From a virus (Duplodnaviria > Caudoviricetes), in the IMG/VR virus record IMGVR_UViG_3300017768_000044, positions 1 through 30,148 of that record: a stretch of DNA of 30,148 nucleotides. One strand, given 5' to 3'. Made by a program: the position numbers and the translations under genes. Every line of letters begins with the position of its first letter. Position 1 is the stretch's first letter. Below, one piece after another: positions 8,901-16,866 of the stretch. The notes beneath the pieces are model-generated. The model did no database searches. It had not been told where the DNA came from and was given only the letters and a program-made list of their open reading frames with translations.

Positions 8901-10370
8901 TGATATACGTCCGATCAGTTTGTCTCCTGTTGCAACAGTTGCATTACCTGCAGTAAAGTTGACAGCAGTATATAACTGAATATCCATCATATACATATCG
9001 AAGATGCCTGTGCCTGCCTTCTGTAGTTGCACACAGCGAGCACGTCCGATTTTTTGTCCGACTACACTATTACCAGTATTGAGAGTCCAACCGTCATATA
9101 GATCGATGATTTGATAAGCATCACTTACACCTTCACCAGTAAAGTTTGGCCATCCATATACGTCGAATACTTTTACATACTGACCCCATTCCAAAGGAAT
9201 GATAGTGTTTTGGATACCAACAAAGTCTCTTGGTTTTAGAAGATCAACATACTGAGGTGTTAAAAACTCAGTCCTGTAACCTTTAATATATGCACGACCT
9301 GGTGATACTTCGATAGCAGCATATGCTTCTGACGATGCCTGTCCTTCTCTTGATGATTGACCCGCAGAATATACACCATTATTGAAACCATTGTTTTGGT
9401 GCTCTCTTAGTGTGACAGAGAATGTGTCAATTACATAGTCACCTGACTCTTCAAAAGTCCTTCTCGCAAGTGACTTCTCAAGTTGTGAATAAGCACTTGA
9501 GTTAACAAGTTGCTCAATCTTAGAATTTCTAATCCTAACCAATTCAATGAAGTTTTTATCTGTCTCATCAGTAATTGGTTTCTTAACCAGTGTAGTAGAT
9601 ATCTTAAATCTATGTCCACCTGGTGCTGAATAGTTTGATGTGCCTGCAGCATTGTCGTTTAGAGACGTGTCGTCTTCTGGGGTAACAATAGATTCTGCAA
9701 CTTCTAAACCAATTCTATACGACGGATTATTCGTATATTGATCGAGGATGATGTAAGCACTAGGGACGTTTACAAAATGTCCACGAATAAAGTAGATACC
9801 TTCGTTGATATATGCTACAGAAGCAACTGCAGTAGAATCAACAGGAAGTAACTGAGCAAATGGTGATCCAATTTCAATAAGAGTTGTGCCGAAAGTCAAC
9901 TCAGACTCAGATATTAACTGCTCGTTTGCTTGGAAACCACGGACGCTTGTCTCAGATACAGTATCACCAGAGTCAATATACTTTACATATAGAGTAATAT
10001 ATCCTCTAGTAGACTCAGTAGCAGGGATTGAATATAGGACTTTTGCACGAATACCAGATGTAAGTCCAGATATAATCATTCCACTGAGTTGAGTACGATA
10101 AGTCTCAACGTCCACTCCTAAGAATGCTTGTTGCAATACGATAGCTTGCACGTTTAGATCATAACCTACTTGACCAGGTATGACCATTGCACCTTCTTTA
10201 AAGAAGTGCTGACCCATATTCTCGATCTGATTTTGCAAGATCGATTGCATCGTCGTTAGCTCTCTTGCTTGGATTGGGAATCCAGGTCTATAGAGCACTC
10301 GATAAAAATTCTTATCTCTATCGAAGTCGTCGAAATATGGACTAATGTTTAGGTTGGTATTCTGTGGCAT
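2931..10370 (-). CDS. vrlC: VrlC-like / DUF4815 large virion structural protein (2479 aa)
   Basis: N-terminus MPQNTNLNISPYFDDFDRDKNFYRVLYRPGFPIQARELTTMQSILQNQIE, and motifs RRYTMKDIGDLDKRLTNVEYYTALSLLE, DRLKNGFVVDDF, DPLAQSF and LFKSQNASTWTADQYEDLKF are characteristic of the family. It lies directly downstream of gp8, as in cyanomyoviruses. Confidence 0.85.
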   Translation of the reverse strand: MPQNTNLNISPYFDDFDRDKNFYRVLYRPGFPIQARELTTMQSILQNQIENMGQHFFKEGAMVIPGQVGYDLNVQAIVLQQAFLGVDVETYRTQLSGMIISGLTSGIRAKVLYSIPATESTRGYITLYVKYIDSGDTVSETSVRGFQANEQLISESELTFGTTLIEIGSPFAQLLPVDSTAVASVAYINEGIYFIRGHFVNVPSAYIILDQYTNNPSYRIGLEVAESIVTPEDDTSLNDNAAGTSNYSAPGGHRFKISTTLVKKPITDETDKNFIELVRIRNSKIEQLVNSSAYSQLEKSLARRTFEESGDYVIDTFSVTLREHQNNGFNNGVYSAGQSSREGQASSEAYAAIEVSPGRAYIKGYRTEFLTPQYVDLLKPRDFVGIQNTIIPLEWGQYVKVFDVYGWPNFTGEGVSDAYQIIDLYDGWTLNTGNSVVGQKIGRARCVQLQKAGTGIFDMYMMDIQLYTAVNFTAGNATVATGDKLIGRISGATGFVTSDFSGTRVSLEQVSGNFIDGEVITRDGRVIGTLDAIHTYKVVDVRSAVGYNSSQAVSFLANFLLNDRQVIRGASITLDQAGSPPKITGTNGSKFEQDIRPGEVLCIDGLSSPEGEKSFVITKASKTAINLTSSNNTGVTPYVFNYQAQTATIDTGLTKGSFTDGTYNTVVRYRPFLYGQNQPSGQLSQDMPKQTIKSISDESFFVFRTFDNKTVVSGGLTVALPESEQFAALDDDNYILTILAQAGSAYSVGDNLDIEALSEGGTLTVTYGADRQSITIGGLTNVTTVKLTALVSKNIVSRKIKTASKMRAIKVTRTSKQQDVQRFGLVYGGLYGTRIEDPEISFGLNDVFKLHAVYESEDDNAPKIPYVVLSEATFFAPGTVITGVTSGARAVVVSFINSTLRLFNVDLNGTQFNAGETVNGVDVDGNVLTATIDDADGSVEKGSKVITNQYELNQSQNSFFYDVSRLIRKPGTTPPTRQLMAVFDYFIHEASGDYFSGQSYTGVEFSEIPSPILKGSSRTVRDQIDFRPAVGELATGQGTVGSPFEVTCATLDFDARQFSTTGQGAGAAAAATLFDIPMAETEFRCDFDYYLPRTDKLFLTHDNNLQLLKGISSEDPQPPDNMQNAMCLATLKHRAYMFQPERDSTVTQEIIRRYTMKDIGDLDKRLTNVEYYTALSLLEIKAEGTASYDENGFDRLKNGFVVDDFTDHKIGDVNSGDYKCSLDFQEGIMRPSHFTSNVPLKINTTKSANVTTTPANICMLPYTDVEIVKQPYASRSENVNPFNVFTFIGRIDLNPTSDDWLETNRLPARVENVEGDFSSVQNELNIDPNTGFAPIQWGGWETNWVGESLISTDTIINRTGSHSGGGSWVGTRHQGLEFIHERRTFEVRENQSRQGIRTRIVPKIERKSLGDTVLSQTAVPWIRSRNIAFDVYRMKPRTRVYCFFDGVDVTPYITPKVIELNKTGSNSTVKNEVITAPGANTFNQPSDSTIDNSNQIPFVVGETVVGIESGVKLKVAEANDAYVTTPYGTGAATLPTSYASNTSILNVDINEMASTANGEFQGNVKVGELLVGQTSGAAAYVKDRRLLTDNVGNFKGTFYIPSPKIDSNPRWSTGTRTIRFTTSSGNERTPGTVDSSADAEYRATGTLQTVRENILAIRNAEVVRDTVNDERVLATSTRSETRQIGWYDPLAQSFIVDEEGGIMITSVDLFFRTKDSNIPLSMQIRTMENGNPTKDILPLSDITVNAADVEISESALIPTRFTFRSPVYIKQSVEYCFVLLSDSNEYQVWISRMGDVEKSGNRTISEQPYAGVLFKSQNASTWTADQYEDLKFTIYKAAFDPAIDGTVTLENVEMGETNGGYTRLMDNPMVTIQPEQVLTLPAGTFNYTVGARLTQTPSGASATVSAFNSTASPNTITINDISGIWSAGFLDASSNAFQGIVSSQATAIFQLSTVSNGDFSPRPNPATGTATTINDIITGSTSNSTARVTAYYATGDTLPDGGGTASNPVLYVNYVDKDFDVADTLSENGGVVTATITSVAYSGDTRNNYPVSSPSYQAKDRKILVYHKNHCMHQRTNNVDVKGVISEVPPTVLTSSLAAGATSINVEIASAFHTQVNGQAIGNLNPGYLMIGSEIIQYSAIATDGKVITVATSGRGSNSTADQDHPTGSPVICYNFDGIPLTEINKVHDGIEDPWMDHYLLNTTSVANNGIRGGGIMAMASQNFQFETLRPSVSNLVFPDTSIAARVNTTSSTSVGDGTTVVDQASFVNNGTYYDLTLNTENYFSTPQMICSKVNEDNKLGGNKSISLDLTLHTDNANVSPYVDLDRTSLITISNRINYWPGGPQPLGLNSLIEATANVSLEPSGDQNDSVYLTRIANLAQLSRTLKIDFGCYRPQGTEARVYIKTFESGSEVDPDTINFVEVQPKVEIAASDVFEFRDYSYEATGLNFNAFQVKIVLRSRNQAFVPQVIDFRSTALAT

Positions 10371-10371
10371 C

Positions 10372-11907
10372 TTAGAATTCTATTACGACTTTGATATCCT
10401 CAATTTGGTCGCCCGCACGAGTGATTGGTCCTCTATTATCTATGTAAATAATCCGACCGCTATTTGGTTGAATTTCTGGATCTGCATAACCATTGGTAAA
10501 TGCCATACCCAAATCATATTCAGTGTTGTTAATCACTCTGGTAGAGGATCCAGAGACGATAGGGAAGTTGATGTCTGGGTCACCTGATGTACCTGAGATA
10601 GATCCCACTACTGGGTTACCTCCATCAAACTCAGTCAAACTACCAGTAATCTCAGGGAAAATACCGTCGATTCTATTCTGGTAATACTTCAATACTTTTG
10701 TTGTGCTATTCCAAGAAACAACACGACCTCTAGCAGTTACCTGCTGTCCACCAACAGTCCTAGACTGTGTGATGATTTCGTCTGTGGTATAGTTTCCTGT
10801 GAATGTAGGAGAGAATATAACTGCCTTTGTGCCTGATAAGGTTAATTCTGCAGTCAATTCACTTGTGCCATATCTAAATGGATTGAGTAACAAACCAATA
10901 CGACGATAGTCGTTATCAGTTGGGAAGTCACCTGATCCTTCAGCGTATGTAAACTTGGTGTTAATCATGACACGGTATCCACCTAATTCTGTGTCAGGTG
11001 CTGCACCATGACCTACAGATGGAGGAATAATAACTTCAACAGATGCACCAGATCCTGCTCCAGCTCCAATACCGTTGATCTCATCAATAACCACTGTCCC
11101 GAATGTATATCCTGATCCACCAGATGTAACAGTAGCAGTAACAAGTTTACCACCGTCAACCACTAGTGATACACGTCCACCAACACCGTCTCCTTTAATA
11201 GGGACGTTTTCGTAGGTGCCGTTGTTATAACCAGTACCTGAAGATCCGATAATAACTGTATCGATCTCTCCACCAACAGCGTCAGAGATAACAGCAGTGT
11301 CTTCCAACACTGGCATGTATTCGTTAGAGAAGAATTTTAAAACTTGTCCAACAGGAATAGTATAGAGATATTTCCAACGATAACCATCAGCAGTTGTGAT
11401 GATAGATGTTGAAGTACCTGTAGGCTCAACAGTAGAAGGTTTTCCGTTTGGATCGGAAGGACTTGTGCCATTGAAAATACACTTATATGTTTGATAAGAT
11501 GAGTTAACAACGTAGAAGTCTGCATCATAAAGTTTAGTAGCACCTGATGCTGCAGTCTTGGTAGCAGAATAATCATGCCTATACATGTCATAGACGTAAC
11601 CTAGTCCACCAGTAGTTTGCTCAGGGGGAATCCAGTTGATTCTTCTTACAACTTGAATTGTATCATTTGCTAAAACTCTCTTTAGGGAGATCATGTCAGA
11701 AAAGTTGTCAGCAAATTCCTGTAGCGAATCCGTTGGATCGGGCGGGTCATTCTCGTTGTCCCAGCTTTGAGGTCTACCAATGAATACATACAGTCTATCT
11801 CTAGAGGATCCCGCATTCAAATCGGACTGTGCCGAATCGGGTCCTTCCAGAGACTTAATGAATCTCTTGGCAGTAAAAATTCTAAACTGGTCGGTTAATA
11901 GTGCCAT
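10372..11907 (-). CDS. gp8: Baseplate wedge subunit gp8 (511 aa)
   Basis: LYVFIGRPQSW, RRINW, YDMYRHDY, FYVVNSSYQTYKC, STVEPTG, DGYRWKYLYTI and C-terminal SGRIIYIDNRGPITRAGDQIEDIKVVIEF match T4-like gp8. Confidence 0.9.
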   Translation of the reverse strand: MALLTDQFRIFTAKRFIKSLEGPDSAQSDLNAGSSRDRLYVFIGRPQSWDNENDPPDPTDSLQEFADNFSDMISLKRVLANDTIQVVRRINWIPPEQTTGGLGYVYDMYRHDYSATKTAASGATKLYDADFYVVNSSYQTYKCIFNGTSPSDPNGKPSTVEPTGTSTSIITTADGYRWKYLYTIPVGQVLKFFSNEYMPVLEDTAVISDAVGGEIDTVIIGSSGTGYNNGTYENVPIKGDGVGGRVSLVVDGGKLVTATVTSGGSGYTFGTVVIDEINGIGAGAGSGASVEVIIPPSVGHGAAPDTELGGYRVMINTKFTYAEGSGDFPTDNDYRRIGLLLNPFRYGTSELTAELTLSGTKAVIFSPTFTGNYTTDEIITQSRTVGGQQVTARGRVVSWNSTTKVLKYYQNRIDGIFPEITGSLTEFDGGNPVVGSISGTSGDPDINFPIVSGSSTRVINNTEYDLGMAFTNGYADPEIQPNSGRIIYIDNRGPITRAGDQIEDIKVVIEF

Positions 11908-11932
11908 ATCTAGCTATAGGTCTCCCATACTT

Positions 11933-11940
11933 TATTTATG
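11933..11940 (-). promoter_or_regulatory. T4-like late promoter (CATAAATA) upstream of gp8
   Basis: CATAAATA in the 39-nt intergenic gap, about 25 nt upstream of gp8 ATG, followed by a GGGAGA Shine-Dalgarno-like motif. Confidence 0.7.
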
Positions 11941-11946
11941 GAGTTT

Positions 11947-13791
11947 TTAATCGTCTTCATTTCGGACTCTGGTTGTATACTCAGTAAAGATGTGTGTGCC
12001 CTGTGCACCTGACCCCTGACCTTGTATAATTTCACCTGCAGCAAACAAACTTGCAGTGTTGGATGCAGTGACACCCGTAACATTTAAAGCAAATTCACCA
12101 TCCCTATCACCTGCTGTAATGCCTGTGAAGGTTGCAGTAACACCGCTAGTTTGACCTGTTACGATCTCATTAACTGCGTATGCTGATGCATTTCTATTTC
12201 TAACATTGATAGTTGCTATGGAAGTATGGGTGTCTCCGTCACCCAAAACTCCCGCTGTGACTACTGTTGCTAGTTGCGGTACGTTGTTTCCGTCGTATAG
12301 TTTGTCCGCTGCTTGGAATAGGGTGATATTCTGTCCACCCAATTCTTCCTCAATACCATATTTAGATGAGGCAATACCACCATCTAGGTTTGTATCATTT
12401 TCAAATTCAGTGCCAGTATTTACGAGATCGATAATACCATCACCTACTCCGTCTAATTCATCATCATCCTCAAACGCTTTGTTTAGGATCGCTGATAACG
12501 GATCGGTAAAAGTAACAATATCGTTACCTGCACTGTCAATTATGACGTGTGGCGATACACCTGTGCCACTAGATTGTGCAGCACCACCAACAAACTGTAT
12601 AGATGCAGTCTTGTCAGCAGAGTTACCACCATCAATAAATGCTAATTCATCAACCTCAAAGGTTAAGAATAACTCATGTGCAACAGGATCCCAGTCATAA
12701 ACTATAGCAACCCTACTTGTTGCACTAGCAACAAAACGTTTTACTTGGTCAGTAACTGAGAAAGAGTATTGCGAAACCCCTTGAGCATTGTCTTGCAAGT
12801 TGTCAAGAATAACTTTTTGGTCAAATCTAAAGTTGATACCCCTGTCGAGTCCAGTAAAGGAGGTTGCTGTTTTACCAGTATACCTGACGATTTCTTTCCC
12901 AACCAAGAATTTACCTGAGCCTGCATACGCTGCAGTAGTCTCGACGTTAATGGTCGAATCACTTGGTGCCACATTTGAAATGAGACCAGTAAGATTATAA
13001 ACAATACTATTAAGAGACTGACGATTCCTCTGTTTACGGATGAGATTGGTATCTCTAGCAAATATAACTTTAGGACTTGTAGTATATCCATTACCCTGAT
13101 TAGATAGATCTATACTGGTAATGGCACCCAAGTTAATATCAGCAGCCGCTGCAGCACCTCTTCCTCCTCCACCAATAATCTGCACAATGGGTGCAGTCTC
13201 AAAGAATTCACCTTGGTTAGTTAAAGTTATAGATGTAACCTTACCAAACTGGTTTGGTGTAACAGTACCAGTAGCACCATCTCCACCTCCACCACCAGAT
13301 ATAACAACGTTAGCATCATTGAGGTCATAGTTTCTACCTTCTCGGGTAATAACCAGACCTGTCACACCACCAGTAACAGGGACTAATTCTGATCCAGAGC
13401 CACCGCCACCTTCAATAACAGCACTAGTGCCGTCAAAATAATTATCACCCAGAGTTGTCATCTGGATATAGTCTATTCCACCAGTTGCATTTAAAAAAAC
13501 TTTTCCTTTCGCACCAAGATTACCTGGATCTGTACTTTCAATCTTTAGACGTAGAGGGTCGTATCCTTCGCCAGGATCTAAGATTTCAACAGCAAGTATT
13601 CTATTATCTTGGATAATAGGTCTTAAAACTGCCTCCCTTAAAGGAGTACCTGCATTTTGTATAGTTAACTTAGGAGGGTCATTAGCATCATATCCGTCCC
13701 CACCGTTCTCGACAAAAACCGCCCTGACTCCAAACACACTGTTGAATTCGGGTCTAATAATTGCACCAGAGCCAGGAACTGTACGTGTCAT
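11947..13791 (-). CDS. Baseplate-associated structural protein with gp7-like Gly-rich beta repeats (614 aa)
   Basis: Repeated units of the form V/I-x2-I-x-(V/L)-x-N-x-G-x-GY...P-x-V-x-I-x-GGGG-x-GA (e.g. VTSITLTNQGEFFETAPIVQIIGGGGRGAAAAA, ITSIDLSNQGNGYTTSPKV), the same type as in the gp7 and gp8 ORFs here. ATGA overlap with the upstream gene. Confidence 0.7.
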   Translation of the reverse strand: MTRTVPGSGAIIRPEFNSVFGVRAVFVENGGDGYDANDPPKLTIQNAGTPLREAVLRPIIQDNRILAVEILDPGEGYDPLRLKIESTDPGNLGAKGKVFLNATGGIDYIQMTTLGDNYFDGTSAVIEGGGGSGSELVPVTGGVTGLVITREGRNYDLNDANVVISGGGGGDGATGTVTPNQFGKVTSITLTNQGEFFETAPIVQIIGGGGRGAAAAADINLGAITSIDLSNQGNGYTTSPKVIFARDTNLIRKQRNRQSLNSIVYNLTGLISNVAPSDSTINVETTAAYAGSGKFLVGKEIVRYTGKTATSFTGLDRGINFRFDQKVILDNLQDNAQGVSQYSFSVTDQVKRFVASATSRVAIVYDWDPVAHELFLTFEVDELAFIDGGNSADKTASIQFVGGAAQSSGTGVSPHVIIDSAGNDIVTFTDPLSAILNKAFEDDDELDGVGDGIIDLVNTGTEFENDTNLDGGIASSKYGIEEELGGQNITLFQAADKLYDGNNVPQLATVVTAGVLGDGDTHTSIATINVRNRNASAYAVNEIVTGQTSGVTATFTGITAGDRDGEFALNVTGVTASNTASLFAAGEIIQGQGSGAQGTHIFTEYTTRVRNEDD

Positions 13792-15260
13792 ACTACTACC
13801 ATGTCACCTTTCATACCACCATGTATGGTGCACTGATAAACGTAAGTTGTGCCTGCACTCAATGTTTGTGGCACTGTCCAGAATTGGACACCTGATTGAG
13901 ATCCACTAACACCAGTAGTTACAGCAGATCCACCATCTGATACTCTAAGAGCAAATGGGTGACCACCACCTGTTGTGTTATTAAATCTATAGGTAAATCC
14001 TCTATAGACATATATTGTAGGATTGTTTGTACTAGATGGCAAACCACCACCATCAAATCTATAACCATTAGATAAATCACTAGTAATTCTGAAACTAATA
14101 GTTGGAGATTCAGTCGCAATGAATGCTGATCCATCATATACTATATTGTCATTCTCATTTGCTGAAGGGAATGACGCAGTATTTGTGATTGTTAAAGTAT
14201 TTGCACTAACTGCAGTGGTAATACCTGTGCCACCTGCAATAGTAATTCCAGAGTTACTTGCAACAGCAGTATAACTTCCACTGTCACCTGATACAGATTG
14301 CAATACATTCTGCACAATGTTAGGTGAATCGTTAGTAAATGTAATAGCACCTGCATTGAGGTTAGTGCTAATGCCTGAGCCACCTAAGAAGTTAAGTGTG
14401 TCAGTAGTTACGGTAGCAGATGTATTGCCATTATCAGCACCAAATGTTTCAAACAAATTCTGGTCAGGAGCACCAAGTGCACCTGTCATAGTAACTGTAA
14501 GTGTATCTCCTACTAATGCAGTGGAGATGTTTGTGCCACCTACAATGTTAAATGTGTCATTTGCAGCAGACGCTGTTGTTGTGCCAGTGTCACCTGTGAT
14601 AGTTTCAAATAGGTTTTGTGTTGTGCCACCACCACCTGTTGCAGTCTCATCATTAGCAGGCTCCCATTTAGTAGATGTGCCATTCCACTTTAATACTTGA
14701 CCGTCAGAAGGTCCTCCATTTACTGTAGTATCTACATCAGTCAGAATAGAAATACCATCAGTGACATCAAGAAGTTGTATCCAACTAGCGTGTGCAAAAT
14801 ATGCCTTTCCTGTGTCATGCACATGTGCAAGCATACCGTGATGTGCAGTAACATCAGGAAGATCGCTTAATAATGCATAAGGAGCCGTCCATTTAAAATA
14901 TCCATCTGCACCATCTACATATGCCTTTGCTGATCCCTGACTACCTGCCTTAAATTGAATATCTCCTGTTGTATCTGGCTCAATAACGATATTTCCTGCA
15001 CTCTCAGAAATAATTTTAAATGCTTTAACATTAAGGTCAGCACTTAATGAATCTAGATGTGATTCAGTAAAAGCTGTGCCAGTCCATCGCAGTACCTGAT
15101 CGTTAACAGGTGCTCCGATATTAACTTGTAAATTGGTATCGTTTCCTAGGTTGGTGTATAACTCGTCAATGACGCTATTTAATTTAATAGCACCATCACG
15201 CAGAGTATCACCAGTGCCGTCATTCGCAGAAGATCCAACTGATAAATTTTGCTTAGCCAT
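13788..15260 (-). CDS. gp9/gp10-anchored fibre-like structural protein with C-terminal cupredoxin-like domain (490 aa)
   Basis: N-terminus MAKQNLSVGSSANDGTGDTLRDGAIKLNSVIDELY is the T4 gp9/gp10 N-terminal motif. It is followed by the fibre repeat LTDVDT..PSDGQVLKWNG..KWEPA, three ~51-aa repeats, and a C-terminus GHPFAL...YVYQCTIHGGMKGDMVVV. Confidence 0.75.
   Translation of the reverse strand: MAKQNLSVGSSANDGTGDTLRDGAIKLNSVIDELYTNLGNDTNLQVNIGAPVNDQVLRWTGTAFTESHLDSLSADLNVKAFKIISESAGNIVIEPDTTGDIQFKAGSQGSAKAYVDGADGYFKWTAPYALLSDLPDVTAHHGMLAHVHDTGKAYFAHASWIQLLDVTDGISILTDVDTTVNGGPSDGQVLKWNGTSTKWEPANDETATGGGGTTQNLFETITGDTGTTTASAANDTFNIVGGTNISTALVGDTLTVTMTGALGAPDQNLFETFGADNGNTSATVTTDTLNFLGGSGISTNLNAGAITFTNDSPNIVQNVLQSVSGDSGSYTAVASNSGITIAGGTGITTAVSANTLTITNTASFPSANENDNIVYDGSAFIATESPTISFRITSDLSNGYRFDGGGLPSSTNNPTIYVYRGFTYRFNNTTGGGHPFALRVSDGGSAVTTGVSGSQSGVQFWTVPQTLSAGTTYVYQCTIHGGMKGDMVVV
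14185..14620 (-). repeat. Three tandem ~51-aa protein repeats
   Basis: QNLFETITGDTGTTTASAANDTFNIVGGTNISTALVGDTLTVT / QNLFETFGADNGNTSATVTTDTLNFLGGSGISTNLNAGAITFT / QNVLQSVSGDSGSYTAVASNSGITIAGGTGITTAVSANTLTIT; periods of 156 and 150 nt. Confidence 0.85.
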
Positions 15261-15282
15261 GGTAGGTAGTTTTCTACAGTGT

Positions 15283-15290
15283 TATTTAGG
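15283..15290 (-). promoter_or_regulatory. Variant T4-like late promoter (CCTAAATA) overlapping the YHYH-gene stop codon
   Basis: CTAAATA about 23 nt upstream of ATG 15260, the same relative position as the late promoter before gp8. Confidence 0.5.
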
Positions 15291-16866
15291 TAGCATCGTA
15301 TGTAACTGCTGTGCTGTCATACTTCACTGCAGTGGATGAGAAGTCAGTATCACCTTGTCCACCACCAAGTCCTGATACAGACAGTGTGGCAACAGAAGAC
15401 ATTAGAGGTGAGTTACTTGCATTATTAGCGGGTGAAGGTCCTCTCAATTCAACCTTATACTTATAGTTGGACATGTATCCCAAAGCAGTAAATGCTAGTG
15501 AGTTACTTGTTGCTCCAGTAACTGCAGCGTATGCAAATCCACCGTCAGTTGATCTATACCACTGATATGAAATAGGACCAGGTATAGGAGAGACGCTTGC
15601 TTGGACTGTGAATGTAACAGTAGTATTGACTGCTGCTGTGCCACTTTGAGGTTGTGCAGTAATTTGTAACGTAGGTGTAACAGGAGGTGCTCCACCGTCA
15701 TCACCACCTTGTGCAGGAGGTGCTGCTGCTCCATTATTAGCAGGAGCATTTAAACTCTCTCTACTTAATGTGCCAACCATATATGGATATGCTGCTTCAC
15801 CTGTTGCATCAATAGAAATAAAATATGCATAAGTCCCATCGGGAAACTCAGGAGTTACACAATATCTTCCGTTGTGTATATCCAAATCCCCAACACCATC
15901 AATATATTCCCAGTCCTGTATCAAAGATCCTGCAGGTGGGTTTTGTGCTGTGGTGCCATAATCAGGTCTTCCTGCTGTTTCAATATTTTTTGTCCTATAA
16001 CTAGATCCCATAAACCTAGTTGTTTGGGACGCTGTAAACGGCACATCATATCCGAAAGGTCCGTAAACAGGAAATCCATCAAAACAATATCCTAAAATTT
16101 TACTATGTCCATCAGGATGACGCATGTTGTCACCATTAAACTGACTGCTGCCATAGTAATCGTTATAGTTTGCCATGGCAGAATTCTGCTTCCAACAATC
16201 TATAAAATGAGTATCATGATAATGGTATTGTCCTGTTGACTCTGGATGTCCTCCACAAGAGTCATCACCAAAATCTACAGGTGAGCTAGGATAATGTGCA
16301 TTCCAATTAAATCCAACAGGAGGGTTACCTCCATTACCTGCACTAGGATTAAAGAATACAACACCGTTAGCAGCAATGCCAATAGATCCAAGAGGAGTCT
16401 CTATACGTCCATTTCTTTGATCGTAATATGTGTATGTGCCTGTTGGTATTGTTTGTGAATCTGCAACAATGAGATCTAATCTTTGGTCTGTGGCGAGCCA
16501 GCATTCTCCTGCAATGGACGTAAATGTTGTCCCTCTAAATATAAATCGTTGTTTCCTACCGTCACTAAAGACAAACATGAGATGATCGCCAGGAGCAATA
16601 GTTTGGGCAGCAAATAAGGCATTGTCGTTAGTTGATATATTTACAGAGATAACAAAACCACTTTGGAAGTATGTGTTATCATCGAAAGTCCTAGCAATAC
16701 CAAACTCTCCACCACGATAAGTAAACGAATGTGAAAACGCTTGCTCAGTAACACCATTCGGGTTATTGAGATTAGGAAAGGTACCGTAACTAACTGGATC
16801 AGGAAGACCATCACCAGTTACGGCTATCACTTTCGTGCCAGAATTGTAGGTTGCTGTAGCGGTCAT
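15286..16866 (-). CDS. YHYH-domain protein with C-terminal Ig-like domain (526 aa)
   Basis: YHYH family motifs GIAANGVVFFNP, DSCGGHP..GQYHYH, HSKILGYCFDGFPVYGPFGY and GDLDIHNGR..VTPEFPDGTYAYF; then a Pro/Ala/Gly linker and an Ig-like domain (ITAQPQS..ISYQWYRS..GATSNSL..YKYKVEL..SSVATLSV). ATGA overlap with the gp7 stop. Confidence 0.85.
   Translation of the reverse strand: MTATATYNSGTKVIAVTGDGLPDPVSYGTFPNLNNPNGVTEQAFSHSFTYRGGEFGIARTFDDNTYFQSGFVISVNISTNDNALFAAQTIAPGDHLMFVFSDGRKQRFIFRGTTFTSIAGECWLATDQRLDLIVADSQTIPTGTYTYYDQRNGRIETPLGSIGIAANGVVFFNPSAGNGGNPPVGFNWNAHYPSSPVDFGDDSCGGHPESTGQYHYHDTHFIDCWKQNSAMANYNDYYGSSQFNGDNMRHPDGHSKILGYCFDGFPVYGPFGYDVPFTASQTTRFMGSSYRTKNIETAGRPDYGTTAQNPPAGSLIQDWEYIDGVGDLDIHNGRYCVTPEFPDGTYAYFISIDATGEAAYPYMVGTLSRESLNAPANNGAAAPPAQGGDDGGAPPVTPTLQITAQPQSGTAAVNTTVTFTVQASVSPIPGPISYQWYRSTDGGFAYAAVTGATSNSLAFTALGYMSNYKYKVELRGPSPANNASNSPLMSSVATLSVSGLGGGQGDTDFSSTAVKYDSTAVTYDAT

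Noticed and set aside
13788-14100. Calling the cupredoxin-like region a petE plastocyanin auxiliary metabolic gene
   Set aside because: It is fused to a gp9/10-type structural protein, has no signal peptide, and its C-x2-H-x2-M loop is shorter than plastocyanin's C-x2-H-x4-M.
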